Positions 24,946 through 37,200 of a DNA stretch of 64,000 bases are shown here, in pieces. A model generated the notes under the pieces. That model saw nothing but the letters and a program-made list of their open reading frames with translations, was not told where the DNA came from and ran no database searches. The stretch lies in NCBI GenBank assembly GCA_040954595.2, contig CM082588.2:6088202-6152201 (forward strand), in the 5' to 3' direction. The number at the start of each line of letters is the position of its first letter. Position 1 is the stretch's first letter. This stretch comes from Balanoglossus misakiensis (lineage: Eukaryota > Animalia > Hemichordata). Position numbers and translations under genes: made by a program.

Positions 24946-26444
24946 CCTTATCCAAAAAAATTATTTATTTATGATAGCAGAATAAAACTTAAGCATGACA
25001 CAGAGCAATCTGTAGATTCTTACGTTTCAAAGTGTCATGATAGTAGAATTGGAGAAAAAGTCCAATCGGTAGAAGTCAATTTCTACGAAAAAAAATATAA
25101 AATAATTGTTACATTGTATTTAGTGAAATGTACATACAAAAAAAGAGAAAACGTTATGCGTTCAAAATGAAACTCTTGGTGTAAAATTCTACATTAAATT
25201 AAATATGTGCGAAGTGGCATTCCCGGGATAAATTTAACGCAAGCGTTATCCCGTGCATCATTCTATAAGTGCATTCATCATGCAGCTGGTTCAAGCTATG
25301 ACCTAGTTGACTAGAAAGTCTATTTTCAACAGTTAATACGTAAAAAGGTTTACTTCTTTCCCTATTTATTATTTCTATTTTTCTTAAAGGGTGTTGTAAT
25401 ACTTCTCTCACACTGCTGTGTTCATATAAGGGGGCAACGAAAAGGCAATATTCGAAAAATCACTCAGTAACTAACGTTACTTAAAATATAATTGGTTTCT
25501 CCAACGTTAAAAGCATGATCTGTCAGTGACTCTGTACGATTAACAAAAATTTCGGTCACTTTTCGAGCGATACTATTGTTAATTATTTTTGAAATTGGAC
25601 ATCAATTATACATGTAGGCTACATCACCGAAAATCACTCAAAGTAGAATAGTAGATATTTATCACAACGTGTATAATAATTAACCGTTTGACATCTGGAC
25701 AACGGCCATTTGCATTGTTGACACCTATTTGTTAAGCTGTGAACTCATTCAGAAAAGTGCTATATGGGGGGGGGGGGGGGATTGTGCACCATTTCCGACA
25801 AGACGTATTAGTCAGGATGTGGGTCAGTATTAGGCCTACCGATTTATGTAAAAAAGTAAAATTTGGCAAAAATCACAACTTTTCATGCAATGCCACCTTA
25901 AAATGTATACCCATGCACAAAACGCATAATTATACAGTTCTATGCTTGCCTATCAGAGACGTTGAAGTACATAAACATAGCTAGCGTCTTTTAGGTTTGC
26001 GTCAAATACAAGATACGAAAAATATTCTTAGAAAAAAACAGACTGTTTATAGTTTCATTGCGTTTCACAGGAAAGGACGTATAAAAGTCGTGAATAAATT
26101 TTGAACAAAATACGATCATACATTGTTCCGAAATGACATTAAACAGAAAAAAAAATAAGAATATACATTTTAACGACATCACCCATAATGCAACAGAAAC
26201 GATTAATAGTGATAGGTTTCATTTGTTGAATTCTAATAAACGGACTGCGTTTTAACGTGTATTCTATTTTAGGGTTAAATCACATTTTGTACGGTTTGGA
26301 AATGAGCATCACCCCAACTTCGTGTATGAACGATTGAAGTTTGTTTTCAAAAGCAGACAGTGGGACAGTATTCTTGACTTTATATGTCCCCAAAAATGTT
26401 GATGGTGTTCTCATCAGTGAGTCACTCATTTTACTTATTATAAG

Positions 26445-28145
26445 TTATAGACATGACTCGGTGTGAACCACGACTTGCAATTTCTCACCAGAAGGCCACA
26501 TCTCTTTTGATATATTTACATACAGATGATCCTCGAAATCTTTCATCGCCATGTATTCCTGTAGAAATATTGCAATGAAGATTGTGCATGAAGACCACCT
26601 CTTTATGATACTGACTACTTAAAATTCTAACTTAGTTATAAATGTTCTACAAATTGAAGTGTGTCCTGTCCTACATTGCAAATTTCTTACTTAATTGATC
26701 GCATGAAAAAGTGGCAATAACTGAAAATTGGAATGAAATAATAAGTACATTGTAGTTGGTTTTCGTGAACAAGGGTTTGGTCTTTCAATCATAAACTTTC
26801 GTAATTACCACTATGACACGAGAAACATCAAAATATATGTCTTTAAGAACACACCTTCGTGACGTCATTAGCCATCTCGCCCACCACCAAACATATGTCA
26901 GAAAAGGATGGTCTACTTCCAGCGCGTTGCAGCCAACATTTCAGCATAACTTCATAGCTGAAAAAGTAACATTGCACACAAAATCTGTTACCGTATTTTT
27001 CAAGGGGAAATAAACATTTTAGATATTATACTGCTATACTATTACATACACGGGAATTAATCGCGAACGTGCACACATAAACGATGTTTTCATCTTAATT
27101 TGAAAAAGTTGACTCATGCTTACATCTCTTTACTACAGTGACGTGGCTTTTGCAGCCTGTCCCCTGCACGTAATTTCTTTATAACCTGTGATGCTGTCAA
27201 ATGCGCATATGGCGAAGAACCTATAAAAACGTAAGAAAGTAAGCTAATGAATGAATGAATGATCTAATGAATGAATGATCTAATGAATGAATCAATCAAT
27301 CAATCAATCAATCAATCAGTGAGTGAGTGAGTGTGTGAGTGAGTGAGTGAGTGAGTGAGTCAATGAGTCAGTCAGTCAGTCAGTGAGTCAGTCAGTCAGT
27401 GAGTGAGTGAGTCAGTCAGTCAGTCAGTCAGTGGGTGGGTGGTTGTTTAGGTGTGCTGACTGATTGATTGACTGGTTTATTTATTTATTTCCTGCCTTCA
27501 TTTACATGTCTTCCTGACGTTTGCGGAACACACAAAGAATGTATGAATCTCACTGTCATGTAAATTACTGACTGACTCAGATATTAAGCTGAATGTCCTA
27601 TGGAAAGCAAACTTAGTCTACGCCAAAATTAGCAGAATAATAATCGTTCAGTCTACATCTAGTATTTTCAAATTGGGCCACTGATTGTCTTACCAAGTGT
27701 TGCTATTTCCCACAGTAGAACTCCGTATGACCAGACATCACTTTTAATCGTGTACTTGTAGTGCATCAATGATTCTATGGCCATCCACCTAATTGGCAAA
27801 CGACCCTGAAAACAGAGGAACGCATACCATTTCACTCCCTATGGACAGATACCTTTCGCTGGTTTTATGATTTTCACAACATTTAATGTATCGGTACCCT
27901 CAAAGTAATAGATAAAACGAGAGACCAACATAACAATGCGCGTTTACTTGCCTTGGGTTTACAGAAGTAAACAGGGTTTTCACTGACATTTCTAGCAAAG
28001 CCGAAGTCTGAAATCTTGCAGCACATATTTTCACCCAATAAAACATTCCTTGTCGCTAGATCCCGATGAATGCACTGAAATTTATACAATTAAAATGACC
28101 ACCATACTCGTAGTAGTCGCCGTCATCATTATCATCACCACCACC

Positions 28146-28240
<95 letters not shown>

Positions 28241-31200
28241 TTCAGAATGTTGTTAAATACTAGTAGTAAACTGTTAATAGATTATGACTCATGATTACAT
28301 TACATTTTATACATCCAAAACGATTACCAAACTACCATCATTTAATCAACTTGTTCAGATTTTCTTGTTCGTTACATGTTACCTCTTTCGACGCAATGAA
28401 AGACATGCCCTTGGCAATCTGCCAAGCGAACTGCAGCAGGTCATATGCGGTGAGGTCTCGACAGTTCGGGTAGACATTCTGATAGCTTTGGTTTGATCTG
28501 TTCTTAACCAAGTAGTCTTGTAAGTTGCCATTAGGTGCTAGTTCGAGGATTATACACGGGGGACCTGTGTGCATCATTAACAGTATTATTGCACTAGGAA
28601 CCTCCATTACAAACAATTTAGTTCAATCATGATATAAAGTGAAGTGAAGTGATGTCTCAACATTTGCGAGTTGGAGAATGTAACTGTTATAAAGTATTTT
28701 TTCTTTATTCAGAGGCTTCACCTAAGCTTGTGCCTATATATAGCCGTATTGCAGGCGTCTTATCAGCACCGGATTACGTCAGCTACACACAGCTCTACAC
28801 AGTCTTAGGCTGCATTCACAAACACCTCTGGAGGGGGGGGGGCGGGAGAATTCAATTTTTTTTACCGTTAATTTTCACATGCCCCCCTCAACAACCCGAA
28901 ATATTTTCAAATCCCCCCCTTCCGAACTGCTAAAATTTTCAAATCCCCCCCCCCCCATTTTCTTTCACACAGCAAAACACATAACCTATCTATCTTGTAA
29001 AAAAGAAAAACAGCGCTCTCATGAAAAGAATTTGAAACTGATGTTTCCCCTTATCAGTGGGTATTAAAACTGAACATTGTTTCTATTTTTTAAGTATTTT
29101 GTATTCTGTGTTGGGAGACATTGTAAACTGAGAAGTGAAGGGGGTGGGTTTGGGAGGGGGTGTCCCCCTCCCATGTAAGAAAATTTTACAAAATACAGAG
29201 TTCAAAACTGCATATTAATGAACCCAAAAGCAAATTAACTCAACTACCGGTATGTTGGGGAGGACAAATTTAACCTTCGGGTCTCAAAGTTAGCATTGGG
29301 GGGGGGGGGGGGGCAAGTCCCCTGACCTGGGACACTAGATAAACCAGTCAATGATTTAAAGGTGATGATGAATGACGGGGGTGGGGGTGGGAGGGGGTGT
29401 CCCCCTCCCACATGAGAAAACATTATATTATGAAGGGTTCAAAACTGCATTTTTGTGGACTCAAAATAAATATTTAGTCCTCAAAGTTTTCAAGTCCCCC
29501 CCTTTACAGTCCCTAAATTATTTCAAATCCCCACCTTACATACCTTAATTTTTTTCAAATCCCCCCCCCCCTCAATTCTCCTGCCCCCCCCCCCTCCAGA
29601 GGTGTTTGTGAATGCAGCCTTATTGTAATATCATTGTGAACAATGTGCCATAAAACAATACAATGGAGGGGCTTTGGCAATTTAATCTTAGGGACTGTTT
29701 ACTTTAGGATAGCTGCGCAAACCAGAAAACAACTTGTACGTTATCTTTTGAGGAGAGGTCATTGAGTTCAATGATATTACAATAAGACGGTGACCTCTCT
29801 GTGCAGTGTTAGTTTCCCTCGTGATATCGTTTCGCGAACGCAGAATAATACATGTACGAATAATAACGACACAGCTCGTGCGCAGATGTCAGAGAGCCTT
29901 GTTATTACTGCAAATGTTCTCTCTGATTTGACGAAATTAAAGTTTCAAAGGTAGTGTCTTGATTGTTAGTAAAGTGATGCGGCATTGATGAAATAACCCA
30001 GAGACGGTCGTTCATTGCCCAAATTACGCATCCTTTGACATTCAAATTAGGTCATGTTGGATCAGAAGTCTAGGTCAGAGGTGGCGAGATCGCATAGGCT
30101 ATATTCAAGAACGCTGGCGATAGCGAGGGATGTTTGTAACCTTCGGGGTTCCCAAATATAATGTCAACTATTTTTTTATTTTTCTAACTATAGTTGGGCG
30201 TGATAACAAAATGGCGTGCTTAAAATGCAATAAAATGCTCAGCTCTAGCGCATAGGGCAGAAAGTATTCCGTGTTTTTATAATTGCATATGTACTCATAA
30301 TTACCGAAATTAATTTAATGGCAACGTGATTAGTTTACACTATAACGAACTGCAACTGGCTGGATAAAAATAATGTGTATATGTGACATATAAATATTTT
30401 ATTAGGATTACAAGGCGAGTTTAAAATTGAGAGAAGTCATTTACCTCATCAGGCTATCACATATAGAAAATAACAGTTTAATTTTCGTGAGGACTTTATC
30501 GACAGGAAATGTGCATTACGTATTGTCATCTAGTCTAGAATCTATCCGTTCGTAGTCGCATTCACCCTACGAACGGATAGATTCTAGACTAATTGTAATC
30601 AGCCTGATAATTTGTTCTTAAAATGAATAAACAGATTATTATTTTGGGAGTGATTCAGAGAAATATTGTTTGGTTACGTAAGGTTTATAGTGTTTTACGT
30701 TTATATTTACTGCACATCAAACAAAAGACACAAAAAATCTTTGTCAATATATTATTGCAAGTTTAACATCAATAATAATATATCAACTTGCTAACCTATA
30801 GGATTCGTTCAAAACTCGACTTATAAGAAAAAATATAAGTAAATAACACTTTAGGACGCCCATTCATAAGGTAAACGCTTTAAATACGTGGAGACAAAAT
30901 AAATATTTAAATGGTGTTCTGGAGAAATGAAAGGCGTGTAAACCCATAGTAGTTTATTTGGAAAACAGACATGGTATAAAATTTTCAATGAATCAGAGAC
31001 TTGGCAAATAATCTTGTACGGCTCAAATTCAAGTTGATGTACATGTACACGTCAACATTGGCGTATATATTTGTGGATCAAGTGTGCAATATATTTTATT
31101 TACTGCAGTTAATATATAACACATACAACAATGACTCAAATTAAATATAATAATGTCAAGTGCTTATACCTGATTGCGTATGGCTGCCGAGAAGTGCCAC

Positions 31201-34200
31201 GACATTCGGATGACTTGATCCTAACAATTCCATTATTTGTAATTCTTGAAAGAAATTCTTCCTGTCGTGAACAGAAGCACCTTCTGGTTTAAAGAATACA
31301 TTGTTAGAATGTGTTGAAGGAAACAGCAAAACAACGCAGGCACTATTGCGAAAAGAATACAATTTTATTAAACCAGAATATATACACTTATTAAAACCGA
31401 AATTATTACAAAGTCATGAAATACAATGTTTATACATTGTAGTAAGGAAATACAGCTGAAATGTAATGTCTTAGGTTACCATACCTCGCAAACGCTTAAC
31501 AGCAACCTCAATATTTCCTAATTGTTCATTGATATTTTTCGCCAATGCTTTCCAAACAACGCCAAATTCTCCTTGTCCAAGGTAGCCATTCTCACAGAAA
31601 GTCAGTTGACCATACTCAAACTCGAACTTGTCGAAAGTGGAACGATGGTCGTTACTCAGAAGCGGACGTGCCCACTCGAAGTGATTAAGTTCATAGAAAA
31701 TGTCCTTGATTTAAAGAGGAGTAATAGTTCTATGTTACTTTGTGTAATTTATTTAATAAATATACCTTGAGTCAAGGGTTATCTCTTGCAGTGATGAAAA
31801 TGTGTAAAATCACAGACAAATATTTTCTATTTGTTGTGGTAGAATTATGTGTTTCTTTTGATGTGGACGGTTTAATCTCTTATGTGTCTTGCATCCAACG
31901 TAAAAACGTTATAATTGTATATTTCATGTTAAAGTAATATTGGCGTTTGCAATTCACAATGCACTTATACGTGTTCCTTATCCGTGTTTTTTCAAGTCAC
32001 ACTATTATTATTATTGGCAGCATTTTAAATAATTACAGATGTTGTTGGGTCATCCATCATCTCTTCCTGCTCCCCGGAATCAATATTCTGAACTAAAAAC
32101 ACATAAGGCAGGTACTACGAATTATTGCGTTCGTTTTGAAACCATTATATACACATTAATTTGCATATATTCTTGCTGTGTACGCGTACCGCTGTTCAGT
32201 TTTAGGACTTTGTTTCTTGGATCGGGTTATTTGCTTACCTTGTATGGTTATGATTATTTACCTCGCTTTAATAATCTAAAATATATATGTTATTCATATT
32301 GGTACTGATTGATTATTTGGGTTGCATGTCAAGGGTATGGATGTAATACGTGGATACTTACTGATGCCACACTTGATCTGCTGTTATATCCTTCATCTTT
32401 AGAAACTGAAATCTTCACTTTCGCGGACTGTTTATTAGAGCTCTGGAAAAAAACGACGCGAAACGTTATGTTTTCCATGAAGTAACTTGGTTACACAATG
32501 TTTTATTGTTTGATAGAGTGATCAGCTAACAAAACAAAGGTCACAAACGTACAAAAGTAAAACCTCGCTACCTTACACAAACATGATTAGAAACATGTTT
32601 TTTAAAACTGTTTATATACTCTATAGAGTCAACTAAGAATCTGAATTCTATACTCTCAATTTAATGGAAGGTTTGTGATTTGTCGCTTCCTACTGAAATA
32701 TATTTGGAACTTTAGGGACGTCGTCAAAGATGACATGTTAGAAATGATGTCATGCTTACCGGCGTTTCATCGTCCTCTGTGGACGCGCTAGCATATGCTC
32801 CTCGGGGTCTGTGCCTGTGTGTTCTCCTGTATATAACACACGCCACCAATACTGCGAGGATTACAACTACCAGCAACGATGCCGAAATTATCGAAATGTG
32901 TTTTTCCCCGTAGCTGCTGGACACTTTAGATGTGTAAGTACCTGTTTAAAGCAAAAACAACAACAACGACGCCATTAGATTTTATATTTATTTATTTATT
33001 TATTTATTTATGTATTTATTTATTTATTTGAAATTAATTGTTTTACGAGATAAGAACGACATCTGTAGAGTTTTCTTGTTTTAAAAATATATCTTTATTG
33101 ACACTTTAAAAGGTGTACAAAACACATCATTTAACGACTTGGCCTAACTTGAAACAATGACTATAGATAAGGAGTCCTTAATCATCTATAAATACGATTT
33201 GTGTGAACAGACTTCGTACATGTTTATTTTCAATCTACACTTGCTCAGAATTCGAAAGCATTCCAGGCATACAGAGCAGAATAATATGTGTACATTTAAC
33301 TCCGCATCCCTTTGACACGTATTCCTCTATAGAGTGAAAAAGTTCTACCATGGGATATGCCCTGACTGAAAAACGTGTGTTTACAATGACACAAATTTTT
33401 CCCCATATTCCCATTAAGCTACTGATGCATGTATGGATCGCCGCATGTTATTCTGTGTGACTATATCCTTCGATAATTATGGCCGAGTTCTCCTGTCATA
33501 TACATACATGTATTTGTAAAAGGAAATATAAGCTGAAATAAAAAAGTTCGCGTTTTAATAATATCGTCAATATTCCCTAGAACTATTAACTGGTACACGT
33601 CTGCCTCCCTGGAGTGAAATAATACCACTTATGCTCACACAAATACTGTTAACACGTTGGTGGGTAGTTTGGCCATGATAATAACACGCTGTAACTTAAA
33701 GGTCAATCGTTACCTTGTGTCGTCGACGTGCTCAAGGCTGATGAAATTTGTGAAGTTCTTATTCCTGTCGTCGACGGCCCTTTAAAGATAAAAAATCATA
33801 ATGACGTCACTTCACTAAGTCACGTTTGATAAATACAATTGCGACCATTAATCTACCATTCATGACATAATAATAATAATAATAATTTATTTGTATAGCG
33901 TCAGTATCCACAAAAAATGTGATCAATGACGCTTAAAGCAAAAGTACAATACAACAAATGGCTAAAAAACAGATTTAAAAAATAAAGTTTTAACATTTGA
34001 TTTAAAAACAGATAAGTCTGGTGCTTGGCGAATGGTGAGTGGAAGATTATTCCAAAGAATTGGAGCAGCAACAGTAAAAGCACGATCACCATAACTCTTG
34101 GTGCGTGATCGAACAGGGCGGAGTTTGAACTGATCAGCTGACCTTAAATTGCGACACGGAACATATAGATTAGTCATGCTAGAAAAGATAGATTGGACCA

Positions 34201-37200
34201 AGTTTATGAATGGATTTAAAAATGAGAACTAACATCTTAAAAACAATACGCTCTGTAACAGGTAGCCAGTGCAACTGATACAAAATTGGAGTGATGTGAC
34301 AGGTGATTTTTGAACGAGTTACAATTCTAGCAGCAATATTCTGAACGCGTTGGATACGGTTGATTGAATACTTCGGGAGCCCAAATAAAAGTGAATTACA
34401 TGAATCAATTCGAGACGTAATGAATGCATGAACTAATTGCTCTGTAGCAGAATGAGATAAATATTTGCGGATAAGCGCAATGCGACGTAAATGAAAAGTG
34501 GCAGAGCGGCAGATCTGTCCAATATGTGGCTTCATTGTCAGACAAGAGTCAAGGATCACTCCAAGGCTCTTAGCCTGACAATGGACGGGAATCAGAGAAT
34601 CGCCAACACGAATTTCTGAAATCCCTCTAGCAGACAGATCACCCAAAATACCAGAGAAAATAACAAATTCAGTCTTATCATCGTTTAAGCACAAGAAGTT
34701 TTCAGACATCCAAAACCTAACATCAGATATACAAAGTTCAAGATTTGAAACAGTTCTTGCTGCGTTGTCTTTACTAAAAGACATATAAAGTGAAGAGTCA
34801 TCTGCATAAAAACTATAAAGACAACCATGACTTTGAACTAATTCACCTAATGGAGACGTGTACATATTGAAAAGTATGGGACCAAGAACTGATCCCTGTG
34901 GTACCCCAGTGTCGAGCGGATAAAAAGGTGATTGGGTGGAATTTACAAGTACACACTGACATAACGACATAATAAAGACAAAAAATGAACGAAAAATTAC
35001 CTTTTGTGGTTTTCGAGGCAACCGATCTTGCCAGGGATGTGCCTTCCGTCGTGACAAAATTGGTTGTCGAATTACCTATTTAATAGACGACTCTTCCATG
35101 ACAAAATACCAGCTAAAAGATGATTTTCCGCGTAAGCGAATGGGCTGGCGCTTAATTAAGTTAAAATCGCGGTAAATGAAATGAAAACTCTTTTCGTGAA
35201 CTATACGATTGCTTCAAGGTGCTAATCCTTGAAATATTAGTCTACCAAGACTTGCAATGGCTTTTAAACTAAAATCGTAAACAAAAAATTATCTAAAAAT
35301 TTATGACCATGCCATTAATAATACGCTAATTAGGAATTAATAAGGAATCGAAAATGATCGTAATGCAGAGCTCACACTCTGCTTCATCTTGCGACTATAT
35401 AATAACAAGCGACCGATGAGATGTTTATTGACATTCGCCAGGAAAGGTAAGGGACCGTTCAGTTTTTACGGCCGGGGGGAGGCGGCAAAATCCAGGGGGG
35501 GTCACTGAAATTTTTAAGTCCACAAGGGGGGGGTCATCTGTTTTTTTAAACGTTTAGGGGGGGTCACATACTTTTGCCACCGAACTTTTGCTTTTGAGTC
35601 CACAAAATTGCAGTTTCGCGCCCTTTACTTTACAAAATTTTCTCATGTGGGAGGGGGACACCCTCTCCCACACCCACCCTCTTCATTCTCCGCCACATTT
35701 CATTTTTTTGCTGGTTTGTCTCAGAGTGCTTGCCACCCCAACCCCACCGATGATAATATTAGGAGAATAATCGTTTAAAGGGACAAAGTCTCTCTTTCGC
35801 AAGCCTTTTTCAATTAATTATGTCTGATACAAGACACCATTCATGTTATTCTACATGTGGATATATAGAGAATCCACAATCAACGACACACAACTTCCAT
35901 CCCGTTTATAGGATATGAGAGAAAAAATCTCGCCAAAATGAGTAAATGGTAAACACCGATTATTCATTTTGGCGATTTTTCACTCTTGTGTCTACAAGTT
36001 GGATGGAAGTTATGTGTGGTTGAACGTTGATTCACTATATATCCACATATAGACTAATATAAATGGTGTCATGTATCAAATATAATTAATGGGAAAAGGG
36101 CAGCGAGAGAGAGACTTTGTCCCTTTAAACCATTTTGCATAACTGATAGATGCATTTTCTATATACTAGAATTCGAAGTATGTAAATGATGATCATTATA
36201 AATGATGTCATGACGAAGATGACGCCAAATCTTCTAACTTTAAGTGTAGTAGCAAAAAGTAAAATTGGTCCTCCCAAACATTGAGATAATTTTCTTTTGA
36301 GTTCATTAAAATGCAACTTTGCGCACCGTATTTTACAAAATTTTCTTCCCCTCCATTCTTCGCCACATTGCATTTATACACTGGTAAAATTACAATTTGT
36401 CCTCCCGAACATTGAGTTAATTTGCTTTTGAGTTCATTAAATTGCAACTTTGAGCACCGTATTTTACAAAATTTTCTACCCCCCTCCCACACCCCCTCCC
36501 ACACCCACCCCGTCACTTTTCTTGTTTTACCGATTCTAGCGACTATTGTATTGACTTGTCATTTTAATTTGTTAATAGATTTCTCTATTGCAACGATATA
36601 CTATTATATACTTTAATAATATTGAAAACCGATGACACAAACTTGCCGCCCCCCCTGCCGTAAAAACTGAACGGTCCCTAAGTGGGGACTTTGTACAGTA
36701 AATATTATAGTTGACTGAGCATCTGACAAATCCATGTACTTCTTTTATATAATTAAATGACATAAGCTTAAAACACAGAATGTGGGCGCTAGAGACCCAG
36801 ATAAACACGGCGGGCGTATCCCGAAGTTCGAACCGAGTTTATATTACAGATATCAAAATTGAATATAATGGATGAGGTGTGTTGTTTATTGGCGACGTTG
36901 TTTTTTGGGCTGTCGACAACTGAGAGGATCAATATCTGACCTTTGCATTTGGCCTGTAATTGTAAACTTTAAGTATGTTGAAGGCCGGTACAGAATGATT
37001 CAACCCCCAGGGATAGGTGAGGATTTTCTGTTTGTGTGAAGAAATCAAGTGGTCTATATTAATGCAGGGTCCGTCGAATTAGTAGTCGATGGTTTTTAGC
37101 ACGTAGTTATTGTTTTATTTAAATTAGTTTGACGCACTGGTTACAGAAAGGTATCTGATTGGCCATTGTTGACTAATAAGTTTCCTATTGCAAATATTGT

